Assembly: GCF_041956535.1 (NCBI RefSeq)
Contig: NW_027192208.1
Location: forward strand, 313,608-377,607
Direction: 5' to 3'
From: Calcarisporiella thermophila CBS 279.70
Lineage: Eukaryota; Fungi; Calcarisporiellomycota
Length of the DNA: 64,000 nucleotides
The translations under genes and the position numbers were made by a program. Below, piece by piece: positions 13,365 through 26,399 of this stretch. Within the stretch, counting starts at the first letter, position 1; the number at the start of each line of letters is the position of its first letter. The notes under the pieces are model-generated. The model worked only from the letters and a program-made list of their open reading frames with translations. It made no database searches and was not told the DNA's origin.

Positions 13365-15937
13365 TCACGGCTTGCTCTTGATCCCGCCCCCCATCCTCGC
13401 CGTCGCCGCGCCCGGCTTGCCGCCCGGATTGGCCGATCCTGTCATGGGATTGACATGCGCATCATCAGCACCCCATGGGCCGCTCTCAATTTGGAACACA
13501 TCCAGCATCACTCACCGTCCTTTGCGGGTCTTTTGCCCTCGGCCGCGCCATTTCGCTCATGCAGAGGCTTCATCGGCGCCAATGGCTTCACTTTACCTAT
13601 TCGACATCCGGGGTTAATTCAGCCCATCGGGCGACCTTTCTAATGCCTCTAGCTCACCGGTATAGGGGACATATCCAAGCTGCCGTTTCAGGCTCGCTTG
13701 CAGATCAAACTTGGGCCGCGGCGGTGCAGCGGTGGCAGGCTTTGTACTCTGATGGCGAGCGTGCTGAGGAGGCTCCGAGCTCTTGTTGCCTGCCGGTTTG
13801 CTAAGCCGGTCCCAAATATTCTGGCGCTTTGTCTTGTGCGGAGATCGTGAAATGGTACTTCTATGGGGGATAAGAAGATAAATTTATCGGGGGGTGAGCT
13901 GGTGCCGTCTAGGCAAGTTAGGCTATCTAGGACACTTGCTTCTTCTTGAGAGATGCTAGGCGGCTGGCGGTGTGTGTTTTGTTTTCCTTGGATGATTCGT
14001 TGCGGTAGATGGGTTTATACGGCTGGCTTCCCGCCGAAGTGGACGGCTTCGATTGAACAGGCCGCGTATTAGAATAGGCGGGGCAATCCTTTCGAGAGCG
14101 GAGAAGCAGCCCTTACCTTCGATCCGGCCTCTCCCGGCGGCTCCACTCCGAGCTTTCTCTTCTTAAACGGCGTCTTGGCCGATAGACGCGCGTGCTTACC
14201 GGCGTCCTCATCTCGATCCTCCTCGTCCTCGTCCGGGCGGCATCGCCGTTTTGCAGCGTAATGGGTCACGATCGAGTCAAGTCTATTGTGCTATGGTTAC
14301 GGCACGAGCTTAAAACAGGGACTCAAGGTAGGTCTAACTCACTTGTTGAATTCTTTTTCGTGGATGCCATCGAACCTTAGTTTGAGGGTTCTGGGAGTGA
14401 ACGGCGTCCTGCAGCACAAAAAGATTGGGTGAGCAAGTGCCAAGATGGCCGTCATGACAGATATATTTACGTGGAGCCCTGGTTCCCAAACACTTTGGCC
14501 ATGATCTGTTTGCGTTCTGGAGTGGGGAGATTCTCTACAACGTGGAAGCCGGCCATGGTCAATGGCGGCGGCACAATTATCAGCAAACGATAAGGGTGGG
14601 GAAGCAGTCAACTAAAACAGGGACACCACATACTTGTTTCCGTCACTCGCTGCTCCATTTCCGTCAAGATGGATTGAAGTTTCTCCGGTAACCCGGGGTG
14701 GACACACTCTGCCATCTTGAATGGGCTGCCAAAAGTGAATTTATGTGTGGTAGAGTCCTCTTTCGATCCAAAGACATACGGCTCGTTAGCTAAAATGCAC
14801 ATCCGTCAGCCCCCAGTCCCCATATATGAAATCCAATAAATAAAAGACTCTACTCTTTTGCTCCCCTTCCTTATCCACCGACGGTTGGATTGTCTGATCA
14901 GCCTCTGTTTTCGCGGATGGCTTCGTTCCCTTGGATGCAGCGTTCGCCCCTGTTTTCGCGGCTGCTTTCATCCCGGGCTCTCTCTTCGAGCTGGCCAACG
15001 GCTTTCCTAACTTGGCGGTCGTCGAGATGGGCGGTTTTGGTTTGGCTTTGTCTGTCGTGGTGGTAGATTTCGGTGCTGGTTTGACGGCCGGTCTGGAAGA
15101 TGGCAGAGGCTGCGTAGCCGGCTTGGTGGGCGCCTTGACGGTTGTCGATTTGACACCTTTTTCCTTGGACCCTGCACCTGCCGTCTTCGAAGGCTTTTGA
15201 GAAGTTTTACTCACGGTGCTCCCTTGTATCACTGGCTCCGGCCTTGTGACTGTCGTCGTAGGCTGCTTCTCCTCGTCGGGTTTCTCACCATTCGTGTCAG
15301 CAGGCCCATCCTCTGCCAAGTTTCCATTCTCACCTGCATCTACGGCTTTCGATCCCAGCTCCGAGGCCGTTTCCTCCAAATGGGCCGTTGTTGAATCCTC
15401 AGCGGTTTCGGTGGAGGGCTGCACTTCTTCGCCTACTGGAAGTTCTTCTGGAGTACTCTGCGCCTCCTCGGGCTCCGAGTCCTGTTCTCCAATCATTTGT
15501 TCTCGGCTCTCTGCATTGTCTCCCTCCCTTCTCCTACTCTCTTCGGACTCGGCAGATATAGAGATATCCTTAGGGTCACTCACCGCCTCTCCCCTCTCAC
15601 AGCTCTCCTCCGTTGTTGTCTCTGGTTCTTCAATGAATTCGCACTGAGGAACCTTGGGCGTATCCTCCAAGCTTTCGCTTTCATTACTATTGGTCTCGTC
15701 AATATCTTTGCCTTCAAAACACGATGTATCCACTTGCAGTAATTTTTCAATTATTTCCGCATTCTACCACCAAATATCCAACCATGCTACATCAGAGAGG
15801 CTAGGGGAGAACTGACCCTTCCGCCAAAATAGATACAATACCTTTAAATTAGCTTTCACTCCATACTTTTTTGCGAGCCGCTGCAGTTGCGGCCGTTTGA
15901 GCGTCTCAAGATGCGATCGTGTTAGGGTATCATCCAT
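13365..15937 (-). CDS. NUSAP1: NuSAP (nucleolar and spindle-associated protein 1)-like microtubule-binding protein, multi-exon
   Basis: Hand-spliced: N-terminal SAP-like LETLKRPQLQRLAKKYGVKANLK; acidic then basic low-complexity region; FDGIHEKEFNKLDSIVTHY; KFDLQASLKRQLGYVPYTGKVKP. These match the three conserved NuSAP blocks as recalled. The model needs one GC-AG intron (13861-13939). Confidence 0.75.
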
Positions 15938-16083
15938 TGATGAACACGCGATGGTGGAAGGTCTGGTCGAGAGTTTGAAGATAGTTCAATTAGTATTAAC
16001 GGGGGAAATGATTTAATTCATGGGACAGTGTCAAAAGAAAATCAAAAGAGCGCTCTCTGAAAGCTTTCATTTCTACCATCAGG

Positions 16084-16112
16084 ACGCGTTTGAAATTTCA
16101 GTTGGAACGCGT
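16084..16112. promoter_or_regulatory. Two MCB boxes (ACGCGT) plus a CHR-like TTTGAA upstream of the NUSAP1-like gene
   Basis: ACGCGT at 16084-16089 and 16107-16112; TTTGAA at 16089-16094. They lie about 150-175 bp upstream of the ATG of a predicted mitotic gene. Confidence 0.5.
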
Positions 16113-16450
16113 GACGTAGCATTCCAGTTCGAATGTCTCTTAGCGTACCAAATAGGATGCTAGTAACCGGCTTGGATGAGTCCCATTTTTTCGTCTTGCT
16201 ACCACCCCAATATGAGGGGTAAAGGAAGGATGGTGAAGGACCCTTTTAATGTGGACGATTTCTTCAGAGGAGGTCTCCTATATCTAGGTCCTGCGGCGGT
16301 TCATAATGAAAGGGGACATGGACAAATTGGGTCCGAACCTGCCCTCAACTTGCCCACCCGTCGACGAACAAAATTTTGAACCCTTTGGCCGAAATTAAGT
16401 TCCTCCTCTTACAGCTCTTTAGGCAGGAGGTCCTATTAGTTATCATCATC

Positions 16451-17330
<880 letters not shown>

Positions 17331-17728
17331 GCAGCTTTCCCCGGATCTGCTCACTTTATTGTGCTCCTCATTTTCGTCCCTCTTTCTTTCCCTTTTGTTG
17401 CTTATATAATAAAACGACCCTCTTAACCATGAGTTTTTTTAAAGTAATAAAAATGGTCTGTCTCCTTTCGTCCATGGTCCTCGCATTCCCAAGCTCTACT
17501 CACTCATCTCTAGCTCCTCAAACGACCTATATTTTCTATTTTTGAGGGGAGGGTGTCTCGCCTTGTGGAGTCCATTTTCGGGAACTCCTCAAAATTGTTG
17601 AGGGCAGGATGAGAGGAGACTCTAATCCAAGCTTGCAGCTTGGAACACGAAGTTCCTCCTCTTTAAAATAGCCTTCAGGCATCCATCCATTGTCGTTAGG
17701 TCTTTTAGCATCCATCTAGTCGATTACC

Positions 17729-18484
17729 ATGGGTCCCAAGCTCGATCCCAATGAGGTACAGCCATCCTCTTTGTCTCCCACCCCCTCCCTCCTTGATGGC
17801 ACCCTAAATGCCCCTATATCTCCTGACCAAGGAGGAGAAGCAGTCGCCTCCATCACTAATGCATCTCATCGCTAACTAGGTCAAAATCCTTTACCTCCGT
17901 ACCACGGGTGGTGAAGTCGGTGCCTCCTCCTCCCTCGCCCCCAAAATCGGTCCCCTCGGTCTCTCCCCCAAGAAGGTGGGTGAAGACATTGCAAAGGCCA
18001 CCGGCGACTGGAAAGGATTGCGTGTCACCGTCAAGCTGACGATCCAGAATCGTCAGGCGGCCGTCAGTGTCGTGCCTAGCGCAAGCTCACTGGTCATCAA
18101 GGCTCTGAAGGAGCCACCGCGTGATCGCAAGAAGGAAAAGAACAGTACGTACGATGCCTCGTCCTGTGGCCCCACTCCCTTTTAACGGCTTTTTTCTCCT
18201 GTTTTTAGTCAAGCACACCGGAAACCTTTCCCTCGATGATGTGATTGACATTGCCCGTCAGATGCGATTCAAGTCATTGGCACGGGAGCTTAAGGGTACC
18301 GTAAAGGAAATTCTCGGAACATGCTTCAGCGTTGGATGCACTGTCAACGGTAGGCATTCTCTATTAGCCCCGGACATTCACCTGGGTCTTGCTTAACTCT
18401 TCTACCTCCATCATTTTAGGACTAAGCCCGAAAGATATCAGCGATCAGATCGAGGATGGCGAGATCGAGATCCCCGACGAATAA
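17729..18484 (+). CDS. RPL12: 60S ribosomal protein L12 (uL11)
   Basis: MGPKLDPNE|[60 protein letters not shown]...EIEIPDE*. Confidence 0.98.
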
Positions 18485-19432
18485 ATCTCTTTGTTTTTCC
18501 TACATTTGTGCGTGTTTTTTTCTCTTCTAACAAGGATTTTGTTGTGTATATTCTTTCTCAAGTTATCATGCTATTTCCTTTTTGCCCTTGGATGGAAGAA
18601 AAAAAAAAGGTCGAGTGATATGAAATATGGATCTAGATAGGTTCCTTCGTGCCCCCTCATAGTATTATAATTGAAATGGACCAAAAACTTGAGTCACCTT
18701 CCGACCAAAAGCTCCCATCAGGCACCAGGTAAGGTGCAAGGAAACAGGAGACGACCTTTCAATGAAAAGACACTTTGGATTATTCCAGGCATTCTCCCCG
18801 TATTTTATCGTGATGTTTCGATAACTAGAAGAAGCACCTCTAAGTTTGCTAAACAAATGCAAATCGAGATATTCGATTATTTTAAATACCTCGAAGAAAC
18901 AGATAGGTGATAGAAACCAGGTCTTTTACGCGAATGTTCTAACGATAAGCTTGGCGAGATATATAACGATTAAAGAAAGCTCTAAGTGGCAGCACTCCCA
19001 TGATATCATGGAGCTATTTCAAAAGATATGGCATGCGAAATTTTGCTCCCCTATCTCCCATGTTAAAGGCCTCCTCACCAAGTCTATACTATGCAATCTC
19101 AAGTCAAACGAGACAGGCTATCAGTAGGTGTATTTAGCTGAAGGAGGGACCTTTGGGGGGGACTAGCCACGTTGGAATTCTATCCTGGATGGGCTTCGGT
19201 TCCTGAATAAAATTCCAGGATTGACTAATGGAAATATCGGAATTCAATTCGAAAGGGCCAGGAAAACTGGCCATCGATTCCGACCGAAGCTTTGGGCGGT
19301 CCCTTCCAATTCATGTCATTTCGTGGCTTATCTTTTTTCACCTTGTAAATATCCATAGAAAATCTCTGTTCGCCTCCCCCCCTTTCGTTATTCGCGACCC
19401 AGTTTGGATCTCTCGCAAACATCAGATCTACT

Positions 19433-20163
19433 ATGTTAACAGGGCACGTCCGACGATCCCTCATCAATAGCAGGGCATCTCTTGCGTACAATAGCCGCCT
19501 GGCCTTCTCCTCCTCCTCTTCGTTGTCATTCTCGACCCCCAATCGATCTCCCACCCCCTCCCCCTCCCCAGCTTCCTCTAATGCGCAATCCGCTCAGCGA
19601 TCATCTTCCCAACCCGCCCAACTCGACTGGAATACCTATTTCACACTCCGCCGTCAGCGTCGCCTTTATGAGCGTGCTGCCGCCATTCCATCCACCCTAG
19701 CGGGTCTTTCCGTCGGTGGTGCCTACTTCTTCTCACAGGAGATCGACATCACGCAAACCCACACCCTGATTGGATTAGATCCCGTGACCACATGTGTTAT
19801 CTACACGATTCTGTGCGGGGCTGGCGGGTTGTTGTTGGGCCCGGTGGCGGGGAATGCAACGTGGCGCCTCTTCCACCGTCGCATTCTCAACGAAATGGAC
19901 AAGGTAACATTGGCGAAATGATGGTTGGACGAATGCTTTCTGAATCACTAATACTGCCCTTCGCCTCATGTTAGAGAGATAAGGCATTCTATGAGCGCAT
20001 CGTCAGAAACAGAGCCGATGCATCGCTCAACTCGTTCCGCAACCCCGTTCCTGACTATTACGGCGAGAAGATCAAGAGCGTGGCCGAGTACAGGACATGG
20101 TTGCGGAAACAGCGTGAGCATCAGCGCAAGGGGACATTTGGAGGCCGAGCAGAGGAAGAATAA
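19433..20163 (+). CDS. PAM17: Mitochondrial import motor subunit Pam17
   Basis: LDWNTYFTLRRQRR; GLDP..GLLLGPVAGN; after one intron FYERIVRNRADASLNSFRNPVPDYYGEKIKSVAEYRTWLRKQ. Confidence 0.93.
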
Positions 20164-20532
20164 AGGAAGGGGGAGGATTTTTCTCTTCGAGTGCTGCAAC
20201 ATATATTATAAATAAACCTAGATTTTTAGAACTTATAACATCAGAGCCGCCAAGAACACCCCTCCCACCCTCTCACTACCTCTTTCCACCCTGGCAGCCT
20301 GTGGAGTTTGGCTGACCAAGGATATCTGTGGGAGGCGATATGGCACAATAGAAACGGCTCGGATTTGGAAACGGTGCCTCTCCGGTTTACGAAGTCAAAA
20401 GGGAGGAAGGGGCGGGAGAGGGAGAGGGCAGGGATAACCAGCCCTCTTTTTGGACAAAAAACTCAAGAGCATTCCAGCGTAAAAGATACGAAATCAAATT
20501 CAATCATACAGTGAAATAAACATAAACATCCC

Positions 20533-22467
20533 CTAGGTGGTCAACGCCTTCGTGACATCGACTCCCCTTATACGTCCACCCACTTTGTCGAAAAATTCCT
20601 TCGCCGTCGGATCGTTTTTCGAGTGCTTATCGACGTAAATCACGACCAGCAGGGCGTGCGTATCCATCTGGGCAATGAAATAGGTGGCACCGATATGTCC
20701 ATCGTAGAAGTACAAGGGGCCGGTCCGTGCAAAATCGGCGAGCTCGCAACTACCATCCTGTATTAGCGAGATGACGTTGGGCCAATGTTCTTTAGGCGGG
20801 TTCTGATGCATATGAGTGGAAAAGACGGTAGAAGAGTCAATCAAACAGTAGCGGTGGAAAGAGAGCGGAGAAGAGGAAGGAAGGGGAGGGGGAAGGCAGA
20901 GGCCACCCTCCCCAAAGAAACCAAACCATCGTTTCATCCAAAACTTACCTCTGGATAACAGAAAATGCACGGGAAAGAATCCAACCCGGTCGGCCTCACA
21001 TAGGGCTCCCCTGGCATGCCATAGCCTCTGGGATAGAAGCGCACGTCATCGGTTACCTTGTACAGCAAGCACACGTTATGGGCCCCAGACCGTTTTCGAA
21101 AGTCTCTTATCCTACACTCACAACAACCAAAGAGGGAGGGGGGGAGGGTCGTCAAAATGCACTTAAAATAATAAAAACTAACACGATTGTATACATGGTA
21201 TAAAGGCTCTCCTCTCCTTTTCGAGCGTCCACTTTTCGCCACAGTGTCCTTAAATCTCCCCCCAGTATCATCTCGGTCTCCAGTAGTGTCCCCATGAAAT
21301 AGAGTGTCAGCTTGCTGTTGAGATGGGCGAGATAACGCGGAAACCATGCGAGAATGAAGGGAGTTGTGCTGGTCTTGTGCCTTTTGGAGAACCTCTGCAT
21401 TAGAAAAAGACAACCCATCATGTAAGATAAAACAACCTTGGAATCAGACTAATTATGCAGCCGCTACCTCAGCAGACGCGAAAATTCCCAGTCCCCCTAG
21501 CGATCTCTCGCTCCATGACCGTTCACTCGCGCCATCGTCTTTTAGCTTCTACGCAAATAAAAACCAAACCAATCACCCGTATCAATACAGTGCTGGATTT
21601 TTTTTTTTTGTTTCTTAGTTTACGCTACCTCCAAATTTTCCCGCCGGCTTATTAAAGCGCTCAGCTTTAAAATCTCCATCTTACAGAGATACAAATTCGA
21701 GGTCGCATCCTTTAGGCTATAGTCTGCAATAGCATCCCTCGCAGTAAGAAGATATTGCAAGGTTTTGAGCTCATACTCCATGGTGGTGAGAAGAGTACCG
21801 AGTGTGTATCCCTGTATAGATGAGAGCTGCATCTGCGCCTGGGAAATGACCTCTCGGATAGGGGCGGAGGAGTCCTCAGGTCTCAGGATGGATAATGAGC
21901 GATATCTAACAAGATGCAAAGCAGCGCAAGGAGACACTTTAATAAGCGATTTGGGTTTCAAGTGAGAGTCCATAATTACATATCCATCTGTGTTTGTCGG
22001 ATTTGAGCAAACTCCTCCAGCTCTTTGTATAACACAGCAAGTAATTGAGAATAATTCTCGGGGCGCTCTTGGAGATGGCGAAGCTCTCTGGCCGTGTTTA
22101 ACCGAAAGTCGGAATATATTGTGTCGAGGGGCTATGGGCATGAAAACTTGGTATTAAAGGGCAGCATGAGAAAGACACGAGGGTGCATGCTCACATCTTG
22201 ATTCTTGCGTTGGCTTGTTTTGAGAAAGGCGAGGGAAGTGTACAAGGATTCATTGGCGCGCAATTTGATGAGAAGGCTGCCTGCGAAGGAATGAGTCTGT
22301 CTCATTTCAAACCATTAACCCAAGCGCTTTCACTCTTCTGCATTCCGATGGAAATTTAAGCGTACCTTTGCAATCTGTTCTCCCACGCGAGCAGCTAGTT
22401 CATAATCGAGGCATCCGAGCGCGTGAAAGTAATCACGAAGAAGCTCTTCGAGCCCCTCTGTTTCCAT
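20533..22467 (-). CDS. KICS2: KICSTOR subunit 2 (C12orf66/DUF2003)-like protein, multi-exon
   Basis: LLRDYFHALGCLDYELA, ESLYTSLAFL, LNSKLTLYF, GYGMPGEPYVRPTGLDSFPCIFCYP and HWPNVISLI..LYFYDGHIGATYFI follow the C12orf66 motifs as recalled (LETFFSHLGIFSYDKA; HWPNVIMIM..HFYDDKVQSTYFL). Confidence 0.8.
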
Positions 22468-22760
22468 GGCAGGAGGTTTGAGATGATTAGTGGAAGGTTT
22501 ATTAGAGCAAGAAAGTCTGGTAAAATAGAAAAATGAAGCTCCGAAATGAATCAAACGTAGCAGTCCCCATTACGCGGTGTTGGCAAAAGGGTGCTCTAGG
22601 TAGAAATGGATCGAAAAAAAAAATCATGGGTATTAAAACAGATTAAGTGAATAGACGTTGAAAGAAGGGGAAAAATACAAGGATTAGAATAAAAGAAATG
22701 GAAAAACGAATAAGAAGAAGAAGAAAAAGAAAGAGAAAAAATTAAGGAAAACGCACGACA

Positions 22761-23847
22761 TCAACTACTCAACTCCTCGCCGAACTCTGGAACCTCCCAT
22801 TCATTCTCATGCTCGGACTTCTCAAATATTCCGTCTTGCCAGCGTTTCTCGGTCTTCTCGCTTGGAACCACCCTCACGGCTCCGCAGCACACCTCCAAAA
22901 AGCCCAAGATCTCCTCGGCCTCCACCTCCAGCTTCCAATCAATGAACCCGAGCAGTGTCCTCTCCAGCTTCAGCAAGCTGGCGACCGAGGGAGAGCCAGG
23001 GACCAGGAGCGAAAAACGGTATGCGGTATTCAGGTGCCATTGAGCATCAATGTCGCGGTAGATGGAAGAATAGGAGAGCGAGGAGGAAGGGGAGTTGGAG
23101 GAGGAGGAGGATGGGTTATGGACACGGAAGTAGAAATAGAAGTACTTGAAGGCTATGATGTATGCTATGAGCACGAGTCTCTGAGTGCAGCCCATTGCGC
23201 CCTGGGCCGCTGGATATTTCTAGACACCGAGGACACGAAAAAGATTAGTGGAAAAGCGGTGCCAAGGCTTGCGCCGGGAAACAGGCAAGGGGGGGTAGCT
23301 ACCGATTTTAACTTGTCCAGGTAGGACACCGCCAATAATAGGATTGCCGTTGGGCAAGATGCAGGCATTGGGCTATGAGAGTTATCGGGGGAATGCAAAG
23401 GATTCGGATGGATCAGATGCGTGGGGGTGTAATGGAGTAGAGAGCGAAGTAGATGGCAAAGGCCATGGTGATGCCCGTCCGGGGACGCAGACCAGGGCTC
23501 CCACTGCGAGAGGGTGTGTTTCGCAATGGAGGCTAGAAGATGGAAAGAGCAGAGAAGAGTAAGTCGGGTGGAGGGCGAGAAGCAGATAACCAATGCTAGC
23601 TACCGATGGCCTTCCAATTTAGCGTGCGCCCATCCAGGAATTCTGCGATTCTGGACAATTCTCTTGCCTGCACGAGGTTGGTCACGTAAGGGTCGTTGAG
23701 CTGGATGGCCAGCGCGAGCGTCGACGATGAGCTCATGTAATGGCTGTGGTCATGATTCAGCGCCGCCAAGTGAGAAAGGGAGACCAGCGGATTGGAGAAG
23801 GCCGTGAGCAAATGGCGAGGGAGGGGCTCGGGGGCCGGCTTGTGCAT
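22761..23847 (-). CDS. Pho80/Pcl-type cyclin-box protein
   Basis: ILLLAVSYLDKLK, GCTQRLVLIAYIIAFKY and LLKLERTLLGFIDWKLEV match Pcl-type cyclin helices; TATA-like run near 23967. Confidence 0.7.
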
Positions 23848-25046
23848 TAGGCCGATGGAGAGGTGGGCTAACCTTTATTTTGCTTTTACGCTACGGTTTG
23901 TAAACAAAACACGTTAGGGTTGGGTTCGGCCGTGGTCTTGCTTAAACTATTAAGCAAGCGGCGACCATATATATACAAAAGAGTGCTAATTTGCCAAAAG
24001 GGACGGCTCTTCGAAGGTTCTCTGTGAATTTGTCATGCGAAAACCCTGCAAACCCGTGCTACGGTTTGTCAAAACGACAAGCTCAAGCTTTTTTCGTCCA
24101 AGAATGCGTTTTCAAACTCGGCCATCTCACCGGCCGAGCGTCGCGCTTCGGCATAGGAGACAGCCAGCGTGTTTTTCGGGCTTGCGGTGGCGATCTCATT
24201 CTAGGAAACCATTTGTCATAGGCTCAGATGGCGCACCGAGGCTGTGTCAAAGGAGGGGGAATATAAGGAAGCGCCAGATCCCAATCACCCATCGATAATG
24301 CCACACCGCAGAGCTGAGAGAGAAAGCGGCGATGGGTTTCAGCTGCGCTGAGGTTCGGCGGCCGACGCCAGTCCCTCATCTTTGTGGCACCGCCCCCCCC
24401 CCCCATTCGCGCCGGCGATGTTCTGAGGGCAGCGCGAGAAGCGCGTGCCCGCCCTCGTCTCCACCGCGGACGAAGACGTGGGCAAGGGGCTCGCCGCCCG
24501 GAGAAATATTCTCGGAGATTTCAAACCGGATAGATGGGGAGTGGCCGCTATTCACAGCCCCTCCCGCGCTTTCATAGTCCGCAGCCCCCCCCTCGCCAAG
24601 TCGGCTATTCGGAGGAACCCCAGCCAGACTTTCGCGCACAATCCGGTGAGGTAATGCGCCAGGACAATGATTTGGAAGGAAAGTCGGTCGATGACTTGCC
24701 TATTCAACCAGGACGGGGTGACACAGTTAAGCTCAGCGGATGACTGTGTCTGTGCAATGCAAATCCCCACTTTGTTTACACCACTTCAATCCTAACTTTA
24801 ATAACTCCTCTTTGAAACACTAGGCGCCCTGAGAAGAAACCAAGGGCAAAAAGGAAACGCGAAAAACAAAAGCAACAAGTGGATACGGAGACGCGTGGAA
24901 TCCGCGCTAAAACTAAGACATCATAATGCAAGATAATGGAGGTATATAAACTGACTATAGAACAACATTACGAAATTCCAATATGGCAATAAGAAAAAAG
25001 GCAAAGCCCCAATCTCCCCCCCGATGCCCGCATCCAAATCCCTAAT

Positions 25047-26399
25047 TCAAATCCAATGCCATATGATCGGGATGCGCCCGTCCGTCAGACTGTCTGCAAT
25101 GCGTTTAAATGCGGCAGGCGATAAATCCAGATCTCCATGGTTGCAATCCATGCACTGATCCACAATTCGGACTCGAATTTTCCCCTTGGGGCCTTTGACA
25201 AGGGCCTCGCGGCCGCAGTAGCGATGCTTCGCTAGGCCCCTCTCCCCCCTCTTGTGCAGGCAGTGCTTCGTGGTACATTTGGGGGAGGGATGCTTGTTCG
25301 AGCTCGCCGACTGTGAACGGCGAGGGCGAGCAGGCTCTTTCTTTCGGCGGGCTCCTCGGGGCCGGTCGTGGTGTTGAGACGGATTCGGATGGCCCGACTC
25401 TCGGGCCTGGTTCTCTTTCGCATTGCTGATTTTCCCATTCGGGCTCTTGTTGGTAGCATGCTTCTGGTTGTGTTCTTGGCTGCGGTGAAGCCCCTTGTCG
25501 GATCGGTTCCTCTGCTTACGAACTGGGCTGCGGCTGGTGTTAATGCCGGGATGATTATCGGGATGGGGAGGGTGTTTCCCCTTGGCCCCTTCTCTTCCCT
25601 TCTCTTTCCTCACTCTGCGCCCCCGCTCTCGCTTGCTCTCCGAAAATTGAGGAGAGTTTAGCGCCGCGACGTACTCCCAGTTCTGATGCATCCTGCCACA
25701 AGCGCCGACCGAATCGTCCACCATGTAATAGGTACCGTCTCCCTTGAATGGTTTCCCCGCGGGCTTCTTTTTCTTTTTCTTCTTTTTCTTTTTTTTTAAC
25801 TTGTTTTGTTGATCCTTCTTTTTTGCCTCCTTTTTCTTTTTTCGCTCGGGGCGAAGCTCCTCTTCCTCCATAAAAAAATCGCCCGCTGCTTCCGAGGAAG
25901 GAAACCCGCCCAGCGAAATTTCGGCCATATGCTCCCTGTTGGTCCCCTCCACTTCCTTGATGATGTCATGGGTTAGCTCGGTCGCAACCTCTGCAAAGGG
26001 GACCGATAAACCAGACTCGGACATCGAGGGATCGTCTTCGGAAAAGTCGAACTCTCGTTCAAATCCATAAGGGGGAGGATGAAAGGAATGGTAGGGCGCT
26101 GGGCGTCGGTGTCGTGTCTTCACCCTGCTCCATGCCGTGGTGTTGGATTTGCTTTTGGGGAGGGCGGAAGAGTGCCGCGAAGAAGGTGATACAGCTATAA
26201 CTTTATCAAGGCCATGGCCCACAAGTTTGGTAGCAGGTTTAAGGAATGAGCCACGGACGAGTCTTCCTCGCTTGGAAAATCCGGGGGAATATCTATCCAG
26301 TGGCGGCAAGGGCTGGGCCTGGGGAAGATAAGAGATGGAGATGGGAGAAACCGAACGGAAAAGAAGAAGTTGGAGTGCTATTACGATAAGTATAAACAT
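25047..26399 (-). CDS. Secreted RlpA-like double-psi beta-barrel (expansin/loosenin-like) protein with basic low-complexity regions
   Basis: Signal peptide MFILIVIALQLLLF (ATG 26399); FKGDGTYY..GACG..YVAALN; YCGR..VRIVDQCMDCNHGDLDLSPAAF..GRIPIIWHW. Confidence 0.85.
   Translation of the reverse strand: MFILIVIALQLLLFRSVSPISISYLPQAQPLPPLDRYSPGFSKRGRLVRGSFLKPATKLVGHGLDKVIAVSPSSRHSSALPKSKSNTTAWSRVKTRHRRPAPYHSFHPPPYGFEREFDFSEDDPSMSESGLSVPFAEVATELTHDIIKEVEGTNREHMAEISLGGFPSSEAAGDFFMEEEELRPERKKKKEAKKKDQQNKLKKKKKKKKKKKPAGKPFKGDGTYYMVDDSVGACGRMHQNWEYVAALNSPQFSESKRERGRRVRKEKGREGAKGKHPPHPDNHPGINTSRSPVRKQRNRSDKGLHRSQEHNQKHATNKSPNGKISNAKENQARESGHPNPSQHHDRPRGARRKKEPARPRRSQSASSNKHPSPKCTTKHCLHKRGERGLAKHRYCGREALVKGPKGKIRVRIVDQCMDCNHGDLDLSPAAFKRIADSLTDGRIPIIWHWI

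Noticed and set aside
18665-19127. Short ORFs between RPL12 and PAM17
   Set aside because: No coherent spliced product or known motif; possibly decayed sequence.
23880-23930. CAACCCTAAC telomerase-template-like sequence and a forkhead-like GTAAACAA
   Set aside because: These are single short matches in the presumed 5' UTR of the cyclin gene, with no supporting telomerase RNA structure.
24200-24780. GC-rich intergenic stretch with GGAAAGTCGG, like RNase P/MRP CR-I
   Set aside because: No CR-V in the correct downstream position. The overlapping short ORFs have no recognisable motifs.
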